A DNA stretch of 63,318 nt, counting the filler, from Candidatus Desantisbacteria bacterium CG1_02_49_89 (lineage in GTDB: Bacteria; Desantisbacteria; UBA1551), in assembly GCA_001871075.1 (NCBI GenBank). It is 4 parts of 4 records of this genome, joined end to end, with 100 filler letters (N's around TTAATTAATTAA, not from the genome) between each part and the next. Parts side by side here need not be neighbours in the genome. Positions count along the whole stretch, not along the records: positions 45,929 to 63,318 come from MNUP01000142.1; 3 more parts are not named here. One strand, written 5' to 3'. A model generated the notes under the pieces. That model did no database searches and had not been told where the DNA came from. It worked only from the letters and a program-made list of their open reading frames with translations. Every line of letters begins with the position of its first letter. The first letter of the stretch is position 1. Of this stretch, positions 55,495 to 63,318 are shown piece after piece. Position numbers and translations under genes: made by a program.

Positions 55495-56547
55495 ATGCTT
55501 AGGAAAAGGATACCGGAAATAAGGCTTGACTATTTCAAAAAATTGACCGACGATATGGGCCTGTTCCAATTCGGAAAATACTCGGTTCCCGACAGGAAAA
55601 GCGGGTATACCACCGATGACAATGCCAGGGCCCTTATCGTGGCCCTGAAGCACCACGCTATGTTCAATGACCAGGAAAGCGCGGACCTGGCGGGAATATA
55701 TCTGGGTTTCCTGCATTATGCCCAGAAGGAAAACGGAAGATTCCATAACCTTGTCGATTACCGCCGGAATTTCCTGGACGAAGAAGGCAGCGAAGATGCT
55801 CACGGAAGGGCGCTGTGGAGCTGCGGTTTCGCGCTTGATTCAAAAATTTACGGGAACATCAAGAAATTGGCAAAAGAGATCTTTGAAAAATCCATTATAG
55901 CGAGCCTTGATTTCAGGTCTTTAAGGGCCAGGGCATACGCCATCTCCGGCCTCTATCATTATTTCAAATGCTTCAGGTCGCCCGACATAATGGAAAAAAT
56001 GATACATATTGCCAGGCTGCTGGAGGAATGCTACGCGAAAGAGTCGGACAAGACGCGGGATTGGAAATGGTTTGAGCCTTACCTTACATACGACAACGCA
56101 AGATTGTCCAAGGCATTTTTTTATCTGTATGAAGTCACCGCAGAAGAGAAATATCTGCGTATTGGCCTCCAGACGCTTGAATTCCTTACCGGAATGGTGC
56201 TGATAGACGAAAAACTCGTAGTCATCGGGCAGGAGGAATGGTACCAGAGAGACGGAATTAAGTCGGTCTACGACCAGCAGCCCATAGACGCGGCCGCGAT
56301 GGTCGATCTCTACGTCACCGCATACAGGATCACAAAGGACAAGAGGTTCCGGAAGATGGCGCTGATCTCTTTTGAGTGGTTTCTCGGCAGAAACGTCCAG
56401 AATGCTTCTCTTTACGATGAGAACACCAGTGGTTGCTATGACGGCCTTAATCCTAAGGGACTGAACCTGAACCAGGGAGCGGAAGCCATTGTTTCCTACC
56501 TGCTCGCGCGTCTGGATATAGAGGAACTGAAACGCCGGATAAAATAA
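55495..56547 (+). CDS. Six-hairpin glycosidase-like protein (domain usually fused to GT4)
   Basis: [48 protein letters not shown]. Confidence 0.78.
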   Translation: MLRKRIPEIRLDYFKKLTDDMGLFQFGKYSVPDRKSGYTTDDNARALIVALKHHAMFNDQESADLAGIYLGFLHYAQKENGRFHNLVDYRRNFLDEEGSEDAHGRALWSCGFALDSKIYGNIKKLAKEIFEKSIIASLDFRSLRARAYAISGLYHYFKCFRSPDIMEKMIHIARLLEECYAKESDKTRDWKWFEPYLTYDNARLSKAFFYLYEVTAEEKYLRIGLQTLEFLTGMVLIDEKLVVIGQEEWYQRDGIKSVYDQQPIDAAAMVDLYVTAYRITKDKRFRKMALISFEWFLGRNVQNASLYDENTSGCYDGLNPKGLNLNQGAEAIVSYLLARLDIEELKRRIK

Positions 56548-56561
56548 AGAGGAGGTGCGTT

Positions 56562-57137
56562 ATGAAAAGCGTGAAGGGAACAAAAACGGAAAAGAACCTT
56601 ATGGGCGCCTTTGCCGGGGAAAGCCAGGCAAGGAACAGGTACACGTACTGGGCGTCCCAGGCGAAAAAGGAGGGTTTTGAGCAGGTTTCCTGGATCTTCC
56701 TGGATACCGCGGACAATGAGAAGGAACACGCCAAGAAAGAGTTTAAATTCCTTGAAGGCGGGGAAGTAGAGATCCAGGTGGCATTCCCGGCCGGCGTTAT
56801 CGGCACTACCGCCGAGAATTTAAAGGCAGCCGCTGCAGGCGAGCATTTCGAATGGACGGAGATGTACCCGGGATTCGCCAAGATCGCCCGCGCCGAAGGC
56901 CTTGAGGAGATCGCAGTGGTGTTTGAGTCGATCGCGGTCGCGGAAAAAGGGCACGAGGAAAGATACCTTACTCTTCTTAAGAATATTAAGGAAGGCAAAG
57001 TATTCAAGCGCGAAAAGACCATGAAATGGAGATGCAGGAACTGCGGGTATATACACGAGGGCAAAGAACCCCCGAAGCTGTGCCCGGCGTGTTCCCATCC
57101 CCCGGCGTATTATGAGCTGCTGTGCGAAAATTATTAA
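56562..57137 (+). CDS. rbr: Rubrerythrin
   Basis: [25 protein letters not shown]-terminal [15 protein letters not shown]. Confidence 0.96.
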   Translation: MKSVKGTKTEKNLMGAFAGESQARNRYTYWASQAKKEGFEQVSWIFLDTADNEKEHAKKEFKFLEGGEVEIQVAFPAGVIGTTAENLKAAAAGEHFEWTEMYPGFAKIARAEGLEEIAVVFESIAVAEKGHEERYLTLLKNIKEGKVFKREKTMKWRCRNCGYIHEGKEPPKLCPACSHPPAYYELLCENY

Positions 57138-57179
57138 AACAGTCATTAGTGCTTTGTAACACAAATTCTTGATTTATCT

Positions 57180-57251
57180 GTCATTGCGAGGAACGGCAGT
57201 GACGAAGCAATCTCGTATACAGATTGCCGCGCCCTTCGGGCTCGCAATGAC
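57180..57251. repeat. Complete GTCATTGCGA..TCGCAATGAC palindromic element
   Basis: Terminal 10-bp inverted repeat and internal GCAATCT/AGATTGC pair. Confidence 0.85.
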
Positions 57252-57297
57252 ACGCTGGTCGGAAATTACATTACACCTTACACGTTGGTAAAAAAAT

Positions 57298-58404
57298 ATG
57301 GAAAATGAAAAGACGGCGTGGGTTGCCCTGAACATGGCGGGCATCGGGTCAGGAAAGCTGAAAAACCTCCTTCAGTTCTTCGGTTCGCCTGAAGGCATCC
57401 TGGGCAGAAGCGCGGGCGATCTGGGAAAAACTGAGGGCATAGGGGAAGAAACCGCGAGAAGAATTTCAGGATTTGCGGACGGCAAGGCTGCGAAGCGCGA
57501 GCTTGAAAAAGCGGAAAAAACCGGGGTCCGCGTAATGATCGCCGCGGACAAGGATTACCCGTTCCTGCTCAGCCAGATCTACGATCCCCCGATCGTGCTT
57601 TACGTAAAAGGGAAACTGCTTGAGCAGGACAGGAACGCGGTCGGCATAGTAGGTTCGCGCAGGCCAAGCATCCAGGGACGGCTCAACGCTGAGAAGCTGG
57701 GGACCGAGCTTGCGAGCAGGGGCTTTACCGTGGTAAGCGGGATGGCCCGGGGTATAGACACCGCCGGGCACAGGGGAGCTCTGTCCGCGAAGGGAAGGAC
57801 TATCGCGGTCATGGGAAGCGGGCTTGACGTTGTTTACCCGCCAGAGAACAAGGGCCTGATGGATGAAATTTCCAGAAGCGGCGCGGTTATAAGCGAATTC
57901 CCTTTCGGCACGAAGCCGGACCGGCAGAATTTCCCGCGCAGGAACAGGGTTGTTTCAGGCCTGAGCCTGGGTGTTGTGGTTGTTGAGGCAGGTGAGAAAA
58001 GCGGGGCGCTGATAACAGCCGGGTTCGCGCTTGAACAGGGCAGGGAGGTATTTGCAGTTCCGGGTAACGTGAACCTTCCCACCACGAAGGGCTGCCACCA
58101 GCTGATAAGGGACGGCGCGAAACTGGTGGAGAAGGTGGAAGACATTTTAGAAGAGCTTAATACAGACAGTGTCAGCGTGTCAGCGTGTCAGCGTGTCAAC
58201 GAAAAAGAAAAAGCCTCAAAACAATTACCGCTAAATAATGAAGAAGCAAAGATATACGAGCTGATCAGCGGGGAGCCGGTTTACATTGACGAGCTGGCAA
58301 AGCAGGCCGGCACGGAATCGTATAAGCTGAGCCAGGTGCTTGTGAATCTTGAGATACGCGGCCTTATAAAACAGCTTCCCGGCAAGTATTATGTTAAAAG
58401 ATAG
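57298..58404 (+). CDS. dprA: DNA-processing protein DprA (Smf)
   Basis: DYP..IYDPP, IVGSR, VSGMARGIDT, FPRRNR, VVEAGEKSGALITA; wHTH tail; (GTGTCAGC)n insert at 58169-58200. Confidence 0.96.
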   Translation: MENEKTAWVALNMAGIGSGKLKNLLQFFGSPEGILGRSAGDLGKTEGIGEETARRISGFADGKAAKRELEKAEKTGVRVMIAADKDYPFLLSQIYDPPIVLYVKGKLLEQDRNAVGIVGSRRPSIQGRLNAEKLGTELASRGFTVVSGMARGIDTAGHRGALSAKGRTIAVMGSGLDVVYPPENKGLMDEISRSGAVISEFPFGTKPDRQNFPRRNRVVSGLSLGVVVVEAGEKSGALITAGFALEQGREVFAVPGNVNLPTTKGCHQLIRDGAKLVEKVEDILEELNTDSVSVSACQRVNEKEKASKQLPLNNEEAKIYELISGEPVYIDELAKQAGTESYKLSQVLVNLEIRGLIKQLPGKYYVKR

Positions 58405-58424
58405 CTCAAAGCTCAAAACCAAAA

Positions 58425-58603
58425 TTTCCACGAAAACACGAAAGTGTCACGAAATCACGAAATTTCAGTTTATGATTATAAACTGACAACTCACAACTGA
58501 CAACCGACAACTATTTTTATAATCACTGTAATCGTTAGTTAATAATCACCGTAATCGTCTTTAAATAATCACTGTAATCATCTTTTAAAAATCACTGTAA
58601 TCA
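58425..58603 (+). repeat. Composite repeat (CACGAAA block + AACTGAC 7-mers + AATCACTGTAATC) upstream of topA
   Basis: About 110 bp nearly duplicated at ~62738-62847. Confidence 0.82.
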
Positions 58604-58629
58604 ATCTTTAAGGAAAGAAAGGAGAAGAC

Positions 58630-60819
58630 ATGCCGAAGTCATTAGTAATAGTTGAGTCGCCCGCAAAGGCGAACACGATCAGCAAATTCTTGGGTCCTGA
58701 TTACACGATCAAGGCGAGTATGGGCCACATCAAGGACCTGCCCCTGAAGGAACTCGGGGTGGACGTGAACAACGGGTTCAAGCCTAAGTTCACCACCATA
58801 AAGCTGAAAAAGAAGATCGTGAAAGAGATAGTGGATGCCGCAAAGAAAGCGGACATGATATACATAGCCACTGACCCTGACAGGGAAGGAGAAGCGATAG
58901 CGCACCACCTTGCCCTGGAGGTCAGCCCGGGCAACAAAACGATCGACACCGAAAGGATCAAGAGGGTGACCTTCCACGAGATCACGAAGGAAGCCGTGAA
59001 CGCCGCCTTCCTGCATCCCGGGCCCATAGACACACACAAGGTTGAAGCCCAGCAGGCAAGGCGCATCCTGGACAGGCTCGTCGGCTATAAACTAAGCCCC
59101 CTGCTTTGGAGGAAAATAAGGGGAGGCTTAAGCGCGGGCAGGGTCCAGTCCGTGGCTTTGCGCATCATATGCGAGCGTGAGAAGCTCGCGGGCAAGTTCA
59201 AGCCGGAAGAATACTGGCTCATTACCGCGAAAGTCGAGAGCCCGTCCGCGCCGCCCCCGTTCATCGCGAGGCTTGAGAAAATTAAAAATGAAAAATTAAA
59301 AATTAAAAATGGGGAAGAAGCAAACAATATTGTAGCCGGGCTGAAGGGCGCCAGGTTCATCGTGTCGGATGTCCTCAAGGAGGACAAGAGGAAATTCCCG
59401 CTTCCGCCGTTCACGACAAGCACTATGCAGCAGGAATCGGTAAAGAACCTGGGAATGTCCGCCTCTAAAACGATGCGCGTGGCGCAGGCGCTTTACGAGG
59501 GTATCTCTGTGGGAGAAGAGGGCCCGGTCGGGCTGATAACCTACATGCGCACTGATTCGGTGAAGATCGCCCAGGAAGCGCAGAATTCCGCCATCAGGTA
59601 TATAAGGGAAAAATACGGCGAGCTTTCCCTGCCGTCAAAGCCCCCGGTTTACAAAAGCAACAAGCGCGCGCAGGAAGCGCACGAGGCGATCCGCCCGACA
59701 GGCCTTTCGCGCGACCCGGAGAAGATAAAGAAATACCTGGCTCCGGAGCAGTACAAGCTCTACAAGCTGATATGGGAAAGGTTCATAGCAAGCCAGATGA
59801 AATACGCGATGCTTGAGCTGACAACGATACTCATAGAGGCAGGCGACGCGGTTTTCAAGGCAACCGGGACGATAATCAAGGACAAGGGTTTTATGGCGGT
59901 ATATGGGTACGCCCAGCCGGATGCTTCCGAAAAGAAGGAAGAAGAGGAAGAGGATGACTCTGAAGCCGAGGAAAAGAAGGAACAGCGCCTTCCCGCCGTG
60001 AAGAAAGGCGAGGCGTTGAATGTCCTGGAGGTCCTGCCCAACCAGAAATTTACCAAGCCGCCCGCGCGCTATACCGAGGCAAGCCTTGTGAAGATGCTTG
60101 AGGAGAAGGGCATAGGCAGGCCCAGCACCTACGCGCCGATAATCCAGACAATACTGTTCAGAAGGTATGTTCTCAAGGAAAAAGGCAAGCTGATCCCCAC
60201 CGAGCTGGGCCAGCTCGTGAACGACATGCTGGTTGAGAATTTCCCGGTTGTCATAGATTCCAAATTCACCGCGGACCTGGAGAACGAGCTCGACGAGGTT
60301 GAAGAGGGCAAAACAGAATGGACAAAGGTGGTGAATGACCTTTACGTCCCATTTGAAGAAACCCTGAAAAAAGCCCAGAACAACATAGAAAAAATGAAAA
60401 GGAAGGCAGAGCCTACCGGAAAGATATGCCCGGAATGCGGCAGCCCTGTCGTGGAAAGGGAGGGAAGGTTCGGCAGTTTCCTCGCGTGTTCCGCCTATCC
60501 GAAATGCAAATACACGAAATCCGCGACCCTCAACATTCCCTGCCCGGCGCCCGGGTGCACCGGCGAGGTCGTGCAGCGCAGGACAAAAAAGGGCAGGACC
60601 TTCTACGGGTGCAGCAGGTACCCGCAGTGCAACTATATGTCCTGGCAGAAACCGGCAGGCAAAGATAACGTGTCAACGTCTCAGCGTGTCAACGTGTCAG
60701 AGTCAAAGACTGACCCGACCGCACCTGATGCACCGGACAGCGCCAAAACCACGGAGCCGGAAAAAGATAATTTAACCAGCGAGCCAGCGAACCAGCAAAC
60801 CAGCGAACCAAAAAAATGA
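58630..60819 (+). CDS. topA: DNA topoisomerase I
   Basis: LVIVESPAKA, ATDPDREGE, SAGRVQS, LITYMRTDS, QEAHEAIRPT, Zn ribbons; repeat-derived C-terminal tail. Confidence 0.98.
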   Translation: MPKSLVIVESPAKANTISKFLGPDYTIKASMGHIKDLPLKELGVDVNNGFKPKFTTIKLKKKIVKEIVDAAKKADMIYIATDPDREGEAIAHHLALEVSPGNKTIDTERIKRVTFHEITKEAVNAAFLHPGPIDTHKVEAQQARRILDRLVGYKLSPLLWRKIRGGLSAGRVQSVALRIICEREKLAGKFKPEEYWLITAKVESPSAPPPFIARLEKIKNEKLKIKNGEEANNIVAGLKGARFIVSDVLKEDKRKFPLPPFTTSTMQQESVKNLGMSASKTMRVAQALYEGISVGEEGPVGLITYMRTDSVKIAQEAQNSAIRYIREKYGELSLPSKPPVYKSNKRAQEAHEAIRPTGLSRDPEKIKKYLAPEQYKLYKLIWERFIASQMKYAMLELTTILIEAGDAVFKATGTIIKDKGFMAVYGYAQPDASEKKEEEEEDDSEAEEKKEQRLPAVKKGEALNVLEVLPNQKFTKPPARYTEASLVKMLEEKGIGRPSTYAPIIQTILFRRYVLKEKGKLIPTELGQLVNDMLVENFPVVIDSKFTADLENELDEVEEGKTEWTKVVNDLYVPFEETLKKAQNNIEKMKRKAEPTGKICPECGSPVVEREGRFGSFLACSAYPKCKYTKSATLNIPCPAPGCTGEVVQRRTKKGRTFYGCSRYPQCNYMSWQKPAGKDNVSTSQRVNVSESKTDPTAPDAPDSAKTTEPEKDNLTSEPANQQTSEPKK

Positions 60820-61751
60820 ACCTATCCGAAGTTTTAAACAGATTCTTCGCGTACCTGAAGGCAAAAAACGCTTCTAACCTCACGGTTAAGAATTACTTCA
60901 TTGACATCAAGCAGTTCCTCGCGTTCCTTAAAAAAGAGCAGGGGAACACAAACCTGGAAGAAACCACCTACGCCGTAATAAGGAAGTTCCTGGCAAACCT
61001 CACGGAAACCAGTTACCCGGTATCGCGGTCCGCCGGGCGCAGCCGCTACAAGAAGACCACCATAGCCAGGAGGCTTTCCTGCCTGCGCACTTTCTACAAA
61101 TTCCTCAACCGCAACAGCTATATTCCTTCAAATCCCATAAGGTTCCTGCGCACGCCCAAGCGGGAATCAAGGCTCCCTTCATTCCTGACGCCCCAGGAAA
61201 CAATTAAGCTCATTGAGTCTCCTCCCGTTGCCGCGGGTATTCCGTCGGCTTTAAGGGATAAAGCGATAATGGAGTTCCTGTATGCCACCGGCATGCGCGT
61301 CAGCGAGCTTACCGGCATGGACCTTAAGGACGTGGATGTTATAAGCGGGACCGTGAAGGTTTTCGGCAAAGGCAGGAAAGAACGCATTATTCCCGTAGGC
61401 CGTCCGGCCCTTTCCGCTTTAAAAAAATATTTGGAATCACGACGCACGACGCACGACGCACGACGCACGACAGAAAAACAGGCAGTTTTTCTGAACAAAT
61501 ACGGCGGGCGGCTGACGTCCCGCAGCGTCGAGAGCATTATACTGAAATACGCGAGGCAGGCCGGTCTGAAGAACGTGACTCCGCATACCTTAAGGCATTC
61601 TTTCGCGACACACCTGCTGGGCAACGGGGCGGACCTGAAAATGGTGCAGGAGCTTTTAGGCCACAAGAGCCTTTCTACAACCCAGATCTACACCCATATG
61701 ACGCCTGAGCATCTCAAGAAAGTATACGCCGGAGCACACCCGCGGGCCTGA
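60816..61751 (+). CDS. xerC: Tyrosine recombinase XerC
   Basis: LYATGMRVSEL, GKGRKER, PHTLRHSFATHLL, LLGH..TTQIYTH, HPRA end; dprA-topA-xerC context. Confidence 0.88.
   Translation: MNLSEVLNRFFAYLKAKNASNLTVKNYFIDIKQFLAFLKKEQGNTNLEETTYAVIRKFLANLTETSYPVSRSAGRSRYKKTTIARRLSCLRTFYKFLNRNSYIPSNPIRFLRTPKRESRLPSFLTPQETIKLIESPPVAAGIPSALRDKAIMEFLYATGMRVSELTGMDLKDVDVISGTVKVFGKGRKERIIPVGRPALSALKKYLESRRTTHDARRTTEKQAVFLNKYGGRLTSRSVESIILKYARQAGLKNVTPHTLRHSFATHLLGNGADLKMVQELLGHKSLSTTQIYTHMTPEHLKKVYAGAHPRA
61438..61471 (+). repeat. Perfect (CACGACG) x ~4.9 array inside xerC
   Basis: Encodes RRTTHDARRTT. Confidence 0.9.
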
Positions 61752-61953
61752 TCCGGACAACTGGTCGATTGATTACGAATTAGTATCAAGGGTCAAGTAT
61801 CAAGTTTGAAGCCAAAAACTTATAAGGTAGTCTCCCGCCCCGTTTAGTATCGGGGCGAGGTTTCGCCCGCTGAAAGACGGGCGGACTGTGCATCTGTGTC
61901 TCCGTGGTTAATCTTATGAAAATCCGTGAAATTCGTCGTTTATCGACGTGGCC

Positions 61954-62579
61954 AACCCGGTCCACGGGCAGGTTGCCGCCTATATGTCCGGCAGGTCTGA
62001 CCTGATCGTCGCTTCTTTCTTCCTGCTTTCCGTTATTTTTTTATAAAATACAACGGCGGCAGAAAACCGCTTCAATATTTTGCTTCCCTGGCATTCTTCG
62101 CGCTCGCCCTGATGTCCAAGGAGATCGCGGTTACGCTTCCTCTTGTGCTTGTCCTGTACGATTTCGCGTTCCTTCCCGGGGAAAACAGGTTGAAAAGAGC
62201 CCTGCTTCATATTCCGTTCTTCGCAGTCGCCGCGGTTTATGTCCTGCTGAGAGTGACGGTCCTTAACTTCAATCCGACGGGTATAGGGCTGAAAGGCGTT
62301 GACCTGCCGGGCTTGTTCCTGCCATTCAATATACATATGGAAAGGCAGGTTCTTGCCCCGGTTTCATTTTTTGACCCCTGGGTTCTCGCGTCGGCCGCGC
62401 TTTTTGAAAAAGCCCTGGAGATCAATCCCGCGGAAGCGATCATACATTTCAATCTCGGCAAGGCATACGAGGCGAAAAAAGACTACGCAGGGGCAAGGGC
62501 GGAATGGGAAAAAGCGCTTGCCCTGGACCCGGGATACGCGCCTGCCAGGGAGAGCCTGAACAGAATAAAGACTCGGTAA
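61954..62579 (+). pseudogene. Degraded TMTC-like (membrane GT-C + TPR) gene
   Basis: NPVHGQVAAYMSGRSDL; frameshift at the T7 run 62036-62042; ALMSKEIA; then a jump to a single terminal TPR. Confidence 0.65.
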
Positions 62580-62896
62580 AAAAGGCAAAAAAGCTGACTT
62601 TTCCCTTGACTTTTTCTATTATTATGGTATTATATTATATATTATTATATATTAAATTTGCTAAATATACTTTATTGAATACTTACTATTAACTGGTTCC
62701 TGATCCCTATAGCCAAATAATCTATAAAAGAATAAAGATTTCCACGAAAGCACGAAAGTATCACGAAATCACGAAATTTCAGTTATGGTTATAAACTGAC
62801 AACTCACAACTGACGACCAACAACTATTTTTTATAATCACTGTAATCAGTAGTTAGAAATCACTGCAATCAATTTTTTAAGGAAAAAGGAGGCAGT

Positions 62897-63318
62897 ATGA
62901 AGAAGGTCGGTCTGGTGGTTCTTGCGATGCTGTTCGTCACAACGCTTGCCTGCGCGAACTCTTCAAGGATAGCGGGCATGGGCTTGCAGAGCTGGATGCT
63001 CACGGATGACACGAACATATGGTTCGACCCGGCTGCCCTGAAAGACCTGGGCGGGCGCGCCTGGTGGGAAATGGGTTCAGGCGGGGCGGGTTTCACGGGT
63101 TTTGAGCTGACAAACAAACAGTGGGGCGGGATCGCGTTCGGCAGCCGCCTTTTCGGGGCAGCAGGCGTGTTTTTCGGAAGGCCTTATGACGGGATAACGC
63201 CCTCGGCGGGAAGAACCGCGCCATCAGTTCTTGGAGTAAATGATGACGTTCTGAGCGTGGCTTCGTTCGGCGGGCCAACCGGTGTTTTCAACGTAGGTGG
63301 CGTAGGTCGCCCGATTTA
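62897..63318 (+). CDS. Probable outer-membrane beta-barrel protein, N-terminal part (runs off the window; not in the ORF track)
   Basis: AGGAGG RBS; signal peptide MKKVGLVVLAMLFVTTLACA; RIAGMG..DDTNIWFDPA resembles a FadL-like N-terminus. Confidence 0.6.
   Translation, partial: MKKVGLVVLAMLFVTTLACANSSRIAGMGLQSWMLTDDTNIWFDPAALKDLGGRAWWEMGSGGAGFTGFELTNKQWGGIAFGSRLFGAAGVFFGRPYDGITPSAGRTAPSVLGVNDDVLSVASFGGPTGVFNVGGVGRPI

Noticed and set aside
59278-59312. AAAATTA-type heptamer run in topA (KIKNEKLKIKN) as an insertion
   Set aside because: It occupies a Lys-rich segment of apparently normal length. It may be repeat-derived but cannot be distinguished from codon bias.
60816-61751. Prophage or island integrase
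   Set aside because: The dprA-topA-xerC context and HPRA terminus indicate housekeeping XerC; there are no phage genes nearby.

Overview
63.3-kb window from a draft, probably metagenome-derived bacterial assembly. Three artificial 100-nt linkers (N44-TTAATTAATTAA-N44) interrupt it at 17146, 28914 and 45829. The organism looks like a diderm anaerobe (SurA/PpiD-like chaperone, outer-membrane barrel, desulfoferrodoxin, rubrerythrin); I cannot assign taxonomy. Almost all genes are on the + strand. The backbone is housekeeping: uvrA, mreBCD-mrdA-rodA, ligA, glmS, pta, tRNA-Ser(GCT), GH2 beta-galactosidase, acetate-CoA ligase/GNAT fusion, DEAD-box helicase, ychF, mscL, a GDP-mannose/GT4 operon and dprA-topA-xerC. 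Five features stand out. (1) A 3.9-kb composite element bounded by two near-identical 116-bp IS21-like MITEs apparently splits a RAYT-type transposase remnant. It carries an AT-rich cassette of GIY-YIG-RAMA nuclease, PD-(D/E)XK nuclease, HEPN RNase and YafJ-like Ntn-hydrolase, which is a candidate undescribed defence system. (2) Many intergenic repeat families are present (7/8-mer arrays often in inverted pairs, GTAG REPs, GTCATTGCGA palindromes, CCCCC/GGGGG hairpins), and several have inserted in frame into uvrA, glmS, dprA, topA and xerC. (3) An ORF-free promoter-to-terminator unit at ~16650-16820 looks like a structured ncRNA. (4) A tandem array of 166-bp CTAG-joined MITEs follows it. (5) A 289-bp structured element duplicates the 3' end of tRNA-Ser. 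No CRISPR array or rRNA was seen. All protein calls come from motif recognition by eye; no database searches were run.
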